Source: an uncultured Bacteroidales bacterium
GTDB lineage: Bacteria; Bacteroidota; Bacteroidia; Bacteroidales; UBA932
Assembly: GCA_944326325.1 (NCBI GenBank)
Contig: CALVDQ010000009.1
Coordinates: 37,556-101,555, forward strand
Length of the DNA: 64,000 nt
Direction: 5' to 3'
Below are positions 49,282-57,538 of this stretch, one piece after another (the stretch's first letter is position 1; each line of letters begins with the position of its first letter). The translations under genes were made by a program, and so were the position numbers. The notes under the pieces were generated by a model, which worked only from the letters and a program-made list of their open reading frames with translations, did not search any database and was not told the DNA's origin.

Positions 49282-50019
49282 TTGTATATGGCAAAGAGAG
49301 AAGAGTCTGTGAGAATCCAGACTTCCATCCTGAACGGAGTGGAGAAGAAGGTGCTTGTATGGCTTGCCCACAGGCAGCCGAGATGGATGACTTCGGATAT
49401 ATTGACTGTCATTGGTACGCTCGGTGCGATAGTGATAGCTGCAGGATTCGTCCTTGCAGGGAAGGTGGATATCCATTATCTATGGCTGAGTTCGCTCGGG
49501 TTCGTGATAAACTGGTACGGAGACTCCCTTGACGGGACGCTTGCCAGGGTAAGGAACCGCCAGCGTCCGGTCTACGGCTATTATCTCGACCATACCGTGG
49601 ACGCGATCAATGAAGTGATTATGTTTGTCGGGGCCGGCCTTTCAGGACTCGTCCATTTCGAGATTGCCATGCTGATCCTTGTGGTATATCTCCTGCTCAC
49701 GATAAATGTAAGCGTGAATGCACATCTGAAGAAAGAGTTCTGTCTGACATATGCCAAGATGGGACCTACAGAGTTCAGAATCATCATGATAGCGATAAAC
49801 ACCGTCCTGATGTACGTGAATCCTGTCAGGGAGTTTTCCTTGTCTGTGCCATTCGCCGGAAGCGAAGTGATGCTGAGTGCCCTCGATTCTGCGGCCATAG
49901 TGATACTCTGCGCCCTTGTGCTTATATACGTCGTGACAATAGTCAAGGATGCTGCGGAGTATGACAAGATCGATCCGATGCCTGTCCCGCCCGAGGACGA
50001 CGGGAAGGCCGGAGCCTAG
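49282..50019 (+). CDS. CDP-alcohol phosphatidyltransferase family protein
   Basis: 245 aa and multi-TM. The signature D-G-x2-A-R-x8-G-x3-D-x3-D is present as DSLDGTLARVRNRQRPVYGYYLDHTVD. An alternative start is ATG 49288. Confidence 0.88.
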   Translation: MYMAKREESVRIQTSILNGVEKKVLVWLAHRQPRWMTSDILTVIGTLGAIVIAAGFVLAGKVDIHYLWLSSLGFVINWYGDSLDGTLARVRNRQRPVYGYYLDHTVDAINEVIMFVGAGLSGLVHFEIAMLILVVYLLLTINVSVNAHLKKEFCLTYAKMGPTEFRIIMIAINTVLMYVNPVREFSLSVPFAGSEVMLSALDSAAIVILCALVLIYVVTIVKDAAEYDKIDPMPVPPEDDGKAGA

Positions 50020-51701
50020 TTTTTCATCAGCGAAGCAGAGAGCCGCCGCCTGCCGTAGGTCGCCCCGTTTATCTGGGACCGGGCGTATTCCGCTACGTTC
50101 TCTTTAAGCCCCACATAGAGGAATTCATTGAAAATCTCTATCTTGCCAATTGATTTCTTGCCGATCCCGCAGGTCTTCATAATGGATATTATGTCTCTCG
50201 GGATGATCTTGTTCTTATAGCCGAGATTGATCCTGAGCCACACGAACCCGTTTTCGCAGGTTCCGGGGTTGCCGTCCTTTCCCTTGCGGTCTTTCCTTTC
50301 TGCAGGGTCACCGTCGCTTTCCCTGACCGGTTTCCTTCCTTCTTTCAGGGATTTCCTGTCCTTTTTCTCCTTTTCAGGGATGTTGATGTCCTTGGCTTTC
50401 CTGTAGTAGTCGAAGAACCTGTTGAACTCATAGGAAAGCATCTTCTTCACAAGATCTTCCTTGGACAGTTCCGCCCACATCTGTTCGATGGTCGGCATGA
50501 AGGCGTATATGTCTTCGCGGACCTCTGCACCGTTGATCTCGTTTATCAGGTGAGCGAGCTGCCTTTCGCATATTTCATGCGCGCCAGGGACAGGCAGACG
50601 GGTGAACTGCTTCTTTATGACAGCTTCTATGCGTCTTATCTTGCCTTTTTCCCTCTGGTTGATGATCGCGATGGAGACGCCTTTCTTGTCGGCCCTTCCG
50701 GTCCTGCCGCTCCTGTGGGTGTACAGTTCGATCTCCTGCGGGAGGTTGTAGTTTATGACATGGGTGAGGTCGCTCACGTCGATACCTCTTGCAGCCACAT
50801 CGGTGGCAACGAGAAGATGCAGGGCCTTCCGCTTGAACCTTCCCATCACGCTGTCCCTTTGCGCCTGGGAAAGATCACCGTGCAGGGAGTCGGCATCGTA
50901 CCCGTCCCTCTGCAGCATATCCGCCACCTTCTGGGTTTCCTCGCGGGTCTTGCAGAACACGATGGCGTAGATGTCAGGATTGTAGTCGGCTATTCTTTTC
51001 ATCGCCGCGTACCTGTCTTCTTCCTTCACCATATAATAGAAATGCTCCACATTGTCCGATCCTGCATTCCTCTCGCCGACAGTCACGATTTCAGGCTCTT
51101 TCATATAGCTTTTCGCTATCCTCTCCACCTCTTTCGGGAGAGTCGCCGAGAACAGCAGAGACCTGCGGTCCTGCGGGGCCTGCTCCAGGATGGCGTCGAG
51201 TTCGTCCTTGAATCCCATGTTCAGCATCTCGTCGGCCTCGTCCAGGATAAGGGTGTTTATCTTCGATATGTCCGCAGCACCCCGTTTCAGGATATCAAGC
51301 AGACGTCCCGGAGTGGCGACTATGATATGGGCCCCTCCTTTCAGCGTCTTTATCTGTCCGATTATGCCTGCACCTCCGTATACCGATACGATCTTCACTC
51401 CGGGGAGATATTTCGCATAGTTCGACAGATCCTGAGATATCTGGCGGCACAGCTCCCGTGTGGGACATAGGATAAGTGCTTGGGTGTCAGGATTCGAAAC
51501 ATCGAGGTATTCCAAAGTGGGAAGGCCGAAGGCCGCCGTCTTTCCTGTGCCGGTCTGTGCCAGGCAGACGATGTCCCCGTCCCCGACGAGCAGGTCAGGA
51601 ATTATACGGGCCTGTACAGGGGTTGGTTTTTCAAATCCAAGTTCTGCAATTGCATTGAGTATCCCGGTCGAAAGACCGAGCTCGAGAAAATCCGTTACCA
51701 T
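50016..51701 (-). CDS. DEAD-box ATP-dependent RNA helicase (DeaD/CsdA-like with a DbpA-type C-terminal RNA-binding domain)
   Basis: 561 aa. Q-motif, AQTGTGKT, DEAD, SAT and HRSGRTGR motifs. A basic K/R/D-rich linker precedes the C-terminal RRM-like domain. Confidence 0.93.
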   Translation of the reverse strand: MVTDFLELGLSTGILNAIAELGFEKPTPVQARIIPDLLVGDGDIVCLAQTGTGKTAAFGLPTLEYLDVSNPDTQALILCPTRELCRQISQDLSNYAKYLPGVKIVSVYGGAGIIGQIKTLKGGAHIIVATPGRLLDILKRGAADISKINTLILDEADEMLNMGFKDELDAILEQAPQDRRSLLFSATLPKEVERIAKSYMKEPEIVTVGERNAGSDNVEHFYYMVKEEDRYAAMKRIADYNPDIYAIVFCKTREETQKVADMLQRDGYDADSLHGDLSQAQRDSVMGRFKRKALHLLVATDVAARGIDVSDLTHVINYNLPQEIELYTHRSGRTGRADKKGVSIAIINQREKGKIRRIEAVIKKQFTRLPVPGAHEICERQLAHLINEINGAEVREDIYAFMPTIEQMWAELSKEDLVKKMLSYEFNRFFDYYRKAKDINIPEKEKKDRKSLKEGRKPVRESDGDPAERKDRKGKDGNPGTCENGFVWLRINLGYKNKIIPRDIISIMKTCGIGKKSIGKIEIFNEFLYVGLKENVAEYARSQINGATYGRRRLSASLMKN

Positions 51702-51720
51702 TTATTCTGAATTAAGGCGG

Positions 51721-51728
51721 CAAAGATA
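51721..51728 (-). promoter_or_regulatory. -7 box (TATCTTTG on the minus strand) for the DEAD-box helicase gene
   Basis: The plus strand reads CAAAGATA, the reverse complement of TAnnTTTG, 20 nt upstream of the minus-strand ATG at 51701. Confidence 0.45.
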
Positions 51729-51731
51729 AGA

Positions 51732-51771
51732 CAAGGGGATGATAAAATGAAATTTTTTTGCCATCCCCTTG
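51732..51771 (-). terminator. 10-bp inverted repeat downstream of the SLC13 gene (possible terminator or attenuator)
   Basis: CAAGGGGATG (51732-51741) and CATCCCCTTG (51762-51771) are perfect complements with a 20-nt A/T-rich loop. They sit between the SLC13 stop (51813) and the helicase promoter. The loop is long for a classical intrinsic terminator. Confidence 0.4.
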
Positions 51772-51812
51772 AAAAAGTTTCGGAAATTCCCGGAAAACAG
51801 TGTCTCAGACCC

Positions 51813-53327
51813 TTAAATCAGGCCGCGGCTACCGAGGAATATGAGCATCGCATATCCGAGGGACAGTCCTATCACGCCCATCAGGATGCCGGTCTTCACC
51901 ATATCTTTCTGTTCGATCATGCCGGTAGCGTGCGCAAGTGCGTTAGGCGGGGTACTGATAGGCAGGATCATAGCCAGGGACGATCCCAGGGCGACTCCGA
52001 TGAGCAGGGTCTCGACCCCTCCCAGAGGAAGCAGGGTTTCCTTCATGCTTATGCCGACGATAGCGAGTATCGGGACCAGAAGCGCCGCTGTGGCCGTATG
52101 CGAGATGAAATTAGCCATCGCATAACATATAAGCCCGGAGCCGATTATCATCATTGCAGGCGGCCATGTGTCGAACGGAATGGCTGCGATGATGCTTGAT
52201 GCCAGTCCGGTTTCCTGCAGAGCCACACCGAGGGCGAACCCTCCCGCAACCATCCAGAGCACACTCCAGTTTATTTCCTCGAGATCGCGTTTGGTGATGA
52301 TTCCGGTGATAGGGAAGACCGCGAGGGGCAACATAGCCACGACATTAGAGTTGACTCCGGTGTATTTGTCAGTAATCCAGAGCAGTACGGTGATTGCAAA
52401 GGTGACGTAGACTACAATCGCGCGCCAGTCTTTCCTGGCTTCGCCCTCGATGTTGAGCTTGATTGTCTTCTGCTTGAACGGGAAGAGTTTCAGCAGCACC
52501 ACCCAGGCGATGAACATGATTACCAGGGTGAAAGGAAGCATGAAGCTCATCCATTCCCCGAACCCGATATTGAGATCAAGCCCGTTCGGGTCGTTGAGAT
52601 ATTTCAGCACTATGGCATTTGGCGGCGTCCCGATAGGGGTGGCCATCCCACCCACGTTTGCTGCTATAGGGATAGACAGGGCCAGGGCCACCTTTCCTTT
52701 TCCGTCGGCCGGCAGTGCCTTCAGCACCGGGGTGAGGAAGGTGAGCATCATGGCTGCCGTAGCCGTGTTGCTCAGGAACATGGAGAAGACTCCTGTCACG
52801 ATCACGAAGCCCAGGAGCACGAATTTGGATTTTGTCCCGAACGGCTTCAGCATCACCCTTGCCAGCATCACGTCCAGGCCGCATTTTGTCGCGGCGATCG
52901 CCAGTATGAAGCCTCCGATAAACAGCATTATTATCGGGTCTGCGAAAGAATGGAGGATCGATGTATATTTTATAGGTGTCCCGTAGAGTTCAGGCACAGC
53001 CACGTCCCTGAAGAACCAGAGTGAACTGTCGGAAGCCGTAAAAAGCAGCAGACCTACGGAGAGCATGGATGTTGTCCATGCCGGTACCGCCTCAAGGATC
53101 CACATTACGGTGGCGAACAGGAATATGGCCATGACTCTCTTTTCTACCACAGTCAGCCCTTCCATACCGAAAGTCTCGAGCGGCAGGCACCATAGCGTTA
53201 TCAGCACCGCAAAGCAGAATACCAGTTTGATGCCCCTGGACAGGGCCTTGCTTTCTGACCTTTTGTGGTTTTTCTTCCATTCGTGGTATGCCTCCACGAG
53301 ATTGAAGCCGGGAAAAATCTTGTACAT
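51813..53327 (-). CDS. SLC13/DASS family anion (di/tricarboxylate or sulfate) : sodium symporter
   Basis: 504 aa and highly hydrophobic, with duplicated hairpin motifs (SNTATAAM / SHTATAAL) typical of DASS permeases. Confidence 0.85.
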   Translation of the reverse strand: MYKIFPGFNLVEAYHEWKKNHKRSESKALSRGIKLVFCFAVLITLWCLPLETFGMEGLTVVEKRVMAIFLFATVMWILEAVPAWTTSMLSVGLLLFTASDSSLWFFRDVAVPELYGTPIKYTSILHSFADPIIMLFIGGFILAIAATKCGLDVMLARVMLKPFGTKSKFVLLGFVIVTGVFSMFLSNTATAAMMLTFLTPVLKALPADGKGKVALALSIPIAANVGGMATPIGTPPNAIVLKYLNDPNGLDLNIGFGEWMSFMLPFTLVIMFIAWVVLLKLFPFKQKTIKLNIEGEARKDWRAIVVYVTFAITVLLWITDKYTGVNSNVVAMLPLAVFPITGIITKRDLEEINWSVLWMVAGGFALGVALQETGLASSIIAAIPFDTWPPAMMIIGSGLICYAMANFISHTATAALLVPILAIVGISMKETLLPLGGVETLLIGVALGSSLAMILPISTPPNALAHATGMIEQKDMVKTGILMGVIGLSLGYAMLIFLGSRGLI

Positions 53328-53474
53328 AAAATGTGGTTATTTAATTTTAACAAAAATCACCAAATTTAGACATAATTAAATTATCCGAGCACCAAATTCG
53401 GAAAATCTTTCCTCAATTCATGAAAAAAACTGTTATCCGCAAAAGTTTTCCCTGTTTGCCTTTCCGGAAAAATC

Positions 53475-53506
53475 TTTGGCTTGAAAAATGTAATAGACTA
53501 TCTTTG
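53475..53506 (+). promoter_or_regulatory. Bacteroidetes-type promoter for the GH13 gene (-33 TTTG / -7 TATCTTTG)
   Basis: TTTG at 53475-53478 and TATCTTTG at 53499-53506 with a 20-nt spacer, 21 nt upstream of ATG 53527. Confidence 0.55.
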
Positions 53507-53526
53507 CACAATAAAGTTTCAGCAAA

Positions 53527-55323
53527 ATGGACAAACCGATAATATATCAGCTTCTGCCCCGTCTATGGGGCAATGTCTGCGCGTCTCCGGAGAAAAGAGG
53601 CTCGCTTGAAGACAATGGAACTGGCAGATTCTCAGACATTGACGGCCCGGCCCTTGAGTATTTCAAATGGCTGGGCTGTACTCATATCTGGTATACTGGT
53701 ATAATCCGGCATTCCACCAAATCCGCATCGGGAGGATGCACGCCTTCGAATCCCCAGTTCGTGAAAGGGGAGGCCGGCTCTCCGTACGCCATTACTGACT
53801 ATTACGATGTCAATCCCTACCTTGCCGATGTCCCGGGACGCAGGATGGAGGAATTCGAGGCCCTTCTGGAGCGGACCCATGAAGCAGGCCTGAAGGCCAT
53901 CATCGACTTCGTGCCGAACCATGTCTCCAGGGATTACGGACAGCTCCGGGAGAGTCCGCGGGAGGATGATCTCGGTTCAGGAGACGACAGCAGCGTCCAC
54001 TGGCGGCAGGAGAACGATTTTTTCTACTATCCCGGGCAGCCGCTCACCCTTCCCGACAACCAGGCTTTTGAAGATGAATGCCGTGCCCTAGAAGCCGGGG
54101 ACTTCGGCCGGGAGTATCAGATACTGCCTGTATGGCTGGTGGAGGAATGTTCCGGGATGGCGGCTGTTTCCACTCCTGATGAATACAAGGCCTTTATCGA
54201 CCGCTACAGACCTCTGCTGACACGTTTCGTGGAGAATCCGGCCAAGGCCACAGGCAATTCCTACACTCCGTCTCCAGGGGTGAACGACTGGTATGAGACG
54301 GTAAAGATAAACTATTGCGACACCCATACCGGCACTTGGGACAAGATGCTGTCGATCATAGAATTCTGGATAGGGAAGGGAGTGGACGGATTCCGCTGCG
54401 ACATGGTGGAGCTGGTGCCTGCGCAGTTCATGCAGTGGCTCATCGCCGAAGTCAAGGCCCGGCATCCGGAGATAATTTTCATCGCGGAAGTCTACAAGAA
54501 AGACCTCTACAGGAAATATATAAGGGAAGTCGGTTTCGATTATCTTTATGACAAGTCAGGGATGTACGACACGCTCAGGACTGTGGTGGAAGCCAATCTG
54601 AACAGCTACGGGATGCCGATCGAACTGTGGCAGTCCGCAAGGGGGATCACACGGAACTGGCAGTCCCTTGGAGATCTGCAGCCATATATGCTGAATTTTC
54701 TCGAAAATCATGACGAACAGCGTTTTGCATCGGACTTTTTCGGAAAGTCGGCCGACAATTCCATAGCGCCGCTTACCGTGTCCCTTTATCTCAACCGTGC
54801 GCCGTTCATGATTTATATGGGTGAGGAAATGGGGGAGAGCGGTATGGACGAAGAGGGCTTCAGCGGCAGGGATGGACGGACTTCCATCTTCGACTGGTGG
54901 AGCGTGGCCTCCCTTAGGGCACTCAGAAAGGTAATAGACGGCAGACTGTATCTTGGTGACGGTGCATGGCCGGAGGACCTGGCCGGCTATGAGGCTTTCT
55001 TCAGGAAATTCTCGGGGATGATCCGGATGGCGTCAAAGGATGATGCCGTGCGCAAGGGCATGACGTACGACCTGTGCTACTGCAACACCAATTCCGACGG
55101 ATTCGACATAGACCGTCATTTCGCATTTCTCAGAGACTATGAGGATGAAACACTTCTGTTTGTCGCCAATTTTTCTGACAGGGAGGCGAAAATCAGGCTG
55201 AGGATACCGCCTCATGCCTTTGACTGGCTCGAACTTGCCCCGACCCCGACGGTCAATCCGGATACGCCGATAGAGGTCACCGTACCGCCGATGGGCGGAT
55301 CCGTGACCTGTCTCAGCCGTTAG
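53527..55323 (+). CDS. alpha-amylase family glycoside hydrolase (GH13)
   Basis: 598 aa. The four GH13 regions are visible: DFVPNHVS, DGFRCDMVE, IFIAEVY and FLENHDEQR. No signal peptide. Confidence 0.88.
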   Translation: MDKPIIYQLLPRLWGNVCASPEKRGSLEDNGTGRFSDIDGPALEYFKWLGCTHIWYTGIIRHSTKSASGGCTPSNPQFVKGEAGSPYAITDYYDVNPYLADVPGRRMEEFEALLERTHEAGLKAIIDFVPNHVSRDYGQLRESPREDDLGSGDDSSVHWRQENDFFYYPGQPLTLPDNQAFEDECRALEAGDFGREYQILPVWLVEECSGMAAVSTPDEYKAFIDRYRPLLTRFVENPAKATGNSYTPSPGVNDWYETVKINYCDTHTGTWDKMLSIIEFWIGKGVDGFRCDMVELVPAQFMQWLIAEVKARHPEIIFIAEVYKKDLYRKYIREVGFDYLYDKSGMYDTLRTVVEANLNSYGMPIELWQSARGITRNWQSLGDLQPYMLNFLENHDEQRFASDFFGKSADNSIAPLTVSLYLNRAPFMIYMGEEMGESGMDEEGFSGRDGRTSIFDWWSVASLRALRKVIDGRLYLGDGAWPEDLAGYEAFFRKFSGMIRMASKDDAVRKGMTYDLCYCNTNSDGFDIDRHFAFLRDYEDETLLFVANFSDREAKIRLRIPPHAFDWLELAPTPTVNPDTPIEVTVPPMGGSVTCLSR

Positions 55324-55368
55324 GAAAGGCTGCCATTGGAAAGAATCTGCGAAGCCGTACTCCGGAAA

Positions 55369-56532
55369 TCAACGCTGGAATACGGCCTTTATTCCGTTTT
55401 TCCACATCTCGGCATAATACTTCCAGGTCTGCCTTGCGGACACTTCCATCCGTCTTGCAAGCATGATATGGTGGATACAGAGATTCCCCGCCTTGCGGAT
55501 AAGGACAGGCCGGCGGGAAAAGTCTGGAAGTGACTTGTGCTGTCCGAAATTCCCGTCATCGAGGATGATTCCAAGCACTTTTCCGGATTTTTCCGTACAG
55601 CCGGGGTCATATAGCGGAGCTTCGTCGGCAGGCAGTCCGAGCTTCTCCACGAGGACTCCGGCGAACATCTGCCACTCCCTGTACAGACTGAATTGCAGCA
55701 GCCTGTCACGGAAAGCCTCAATATCGAGCCGCCCACGGTACACATGGAGCAGCCTGGCAATGTCGCAAAGCTGCCTCAGTCCGAGTCCGCTCTGCATGAA
55801 GTGGTGGAAAGCATGGCAGAATATATAGAACAGGTTGAAATCCGGAGGCGGGACCGTTATACTTCCGCATTCCCCGAGGACAACCCTGCAGTCGTCTCTC
55901 GACAGTTCTTCCGTCTCCCACGGCCTGAAGGCGGCGTTGGCCTTTTTGCCAGGGAAAAAGAACGCTTCCCTGTGAAGTTCAAGTATGAGTCCGTTAAACG
56001 AGAAACCGATATGTTTCACCGATTCAGGCTTTTCATCGGAAATTTCTTTCCATCCCCTGATCGCGGCCGCCGCTTCTGCAAAATTCCCGGCTCCGACATA
56101 CAGGTCGATGTCCCCGCACTGCCGGTGCAGGGGGTTCCTGTACCATCTGGCGTTGCCCTGTCCTTTGAGAAGGACTGACCGTATGCCGATGGATGCAAGC
56201 CTGCCGGAGATCTCCACTGCAGCCGCATCCAGGGCAAGATTGTGTTTCTCCACACGGTCCACATAGGCTATGAGTTTCATCAGGGCAGGCCCGCCGGGCC
56301 TGTAATTTTCCGGAAGGCCCTGTATCCCGTCGTATATGAGCGGCAGGACGGCCTGCGTCCTTGAGAACTGCAGGATCCCTTTCCAGTCGGCCCTGCCCGC
56401 TTCCTGAAAAGGTCCGGCCTCGGCCGGTGTTCCCCACAGGCCGGACCTGAGTATGGCCAGGAACTGGCTTTCCGCGGTCTTGTCTGTCTTTTCCTTTTTC
56501 ACTGAAAGAATCTTTTCCCGAAAATACTTCAT
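55369..56532 (-). CDS. uncharacterised nucleotidyltransferase family protein (PF14907-like)
   Basis: 387 aa. The GDIDLYV block fits a pol-beta-fold NTase (GxxD.D). Overall similarity to the Bacteroidales family annotated as 'nucleotidyltransferase family protein' is from memory. Confidence 0.6.
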   Translation of the reverse strand: MKYFREKILSVKKEKTDKTAESQFLAILRSGLWGTPAEAGPFQEAGRADWKGILQFSRTQAVLPLIYDGIQGLPENYRPGGPALMKLIAYVDRVEKHNLALDAAAVEISGRLASIGIRSVLLKGQGNARWYRNPLHRQCGDIDLYVGAGNFAEAAAAIRGWKEISDEKPESVKHIGFSFNGLILELHREAFFFPGKKANAAFRPWETEELSRDDCRVVLGECGSITVPPPDFNLFYIFCHAFHHFMQSGLGLRQLCDIARLLHVYRGRLDIEAFRDRLLQFSLYREWQMFAGVLVEKLGLPADEAPLYDPGCTEKSGKVLGIILDDGNFGQHKSLPDFSRRPVLIRKAGNLCIHHIMLARRMEVSARQTWKYYAEMWKNGIKAVFQR

Positions 56533-56664
56533 TTAATCCGGATTTGAAAATTTCAAAAAAAATTAATGCAGTCCTGGTGATGTTTTATGGGTGTTTTTTA
56601 TCATTTGATCTCAAAAATGAAAAATTCCCACCCCCCTCGGCATTGTTATTATCTTTAACATTGT

Positions 56665-56672
56665 TATCTTTG
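56665..56672 (+). promoter_or_regulatory. -7 box (TATCTTTG) upstream of wza
   Basis: Exact TAnnTTTG match 28 nt upstream of ATG 56700. A partial -33 (ATTG) lies 19 nt upstream. The region contains the imperfect direct repeat CATTGTTAT(T)ATCTTT. Confidence 0.45.
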
Positions 56673-56699
56673 CGCCGTTTTATATAATAATAAGTGCGC

Positions 56700-57527
56700 A
56701 TGAAATTTTTGACCCGGAAACTGAGTATGTCAGCGGCAGTCGCGCTCGCCCTGGTCATGGCGGCAACTTCCTGCAGTACATACAAAAAGATAAACTATCT
56801 CCAGGACATCGTTCCTGACAAAAGCGAGCGGATAGCAATAAACAAAGGTATTGTAATCCAGCCAAAAGACATGATTTCCATAGTGGTGTCCAGCCGCAAT
56901 CCCGAACTGTCGATGATGTTCAACCTTCCGGTGATCTCGTATCAGGCAGGGTCGGAAGCGGTCTCGGGACAGGGAACGCAGCGTCTTCTCGGCTATGTGG
57001 TCGACAATGACGGGAACATCGATTTTCCGGTTTTGGGACTTGTCCACGCGGCCGGGCTGACCCGATGGGAGCTTGCAAACCAGATCAAGTCGATGATAAT
57101 GGAGATGGACTATATCAAGGACCCTGTGGTCACGGTGGAGTTCATGAACTTCAAGATATCGGTAATGGGCGAGGTCACTTCTCCCGGAACCTATACCATC
57201 GAAGGCGACAAGATCACCCTTCTCCAGGCCATCAGCCTGGCCAAGGACCTCACGATATTCGGCAGGAGGGACAATGTCTCCGTCATCAGGGAACAGGGCG
57301 GCGAAAGGACAATATACCAGGTGGACCTGCGTTCTGCTTCGCTTTTCGATTCCCCGGCCTACTATCTCCAGCAGAACGACATAGTGTATGTCGAGCCGAA
57401 CAAGGTCCGGGCAGGACAGTCTACGATTAACGAGAACAACATAAAGTCTGTAAGCCTGTGGGTGAGCATCGGATCCTTCCTCACGTCGCTTGCAGTCCTC
57501 ATAGTGAATCTTATACCAGCAAATTGA
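56700..57527 (+). CDS. wza: polysaccharide export outer membrane protein (Wza-like: Poly_export + SLBB)
   Basis: The ORF track starts at GTG 56694; I prefer ATG 56700. Lipobox AATSC, then the PVISYQ.. / VDNDGNIDFPVLG block, an SLBB domain, and a C-terminal TM helix. Confidence 0.88.
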   Translation: MKFLTRKLSMSAAVALALVMAATSCSTYKKINYLQDIVPDKSERIAINKGIVIQPKDMISIVVSSRNPELSMMFNLPVISYQAGSEAVSGQGTQRLLGYVVDNDGNIDFPVLGLVHAAGLTRWELANQIKSMIMEMDYIKDPVVTVEFMNFKISVMGEVTSPGTYTIEGDKITLLQAISLAKDLTIFGRRDNVSVIREQGGERTIYQVDLRSASLFDSPAYYLQQNDIVYVEPNKVRAGQSTINENNIKSVSLWVSIGSFLTSLAVLIVNLIPAN

Positions 57528-57538
57528 CGGTTTCGGAA

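Noticed and set aside
49245-49532. 95-aa Cys-rich ORF (…CMACPQAAEMDDFGYIDCHWYARCDSDSC…) that could look like a small metal-binding or RiPP-like peptide
   Set aside because: It overlaps the 5' part of the CDP-alcohol phosphatidyltransferase gene in another frame. That gene is supported by a complete family signature, and the Cys-rich ORF has no independent promoter or partner genes.
51732-51771. The 10-bp inverted repeat, considered as an invertible-promoter or recombinase site
   Set aside because: There is a single copy with a 20-nt spacer and no recombinase nearby. It is more simply a terminator or attenuator hairpin between the SLC13 and helicase genes, and is listed as a low-confidence feature.
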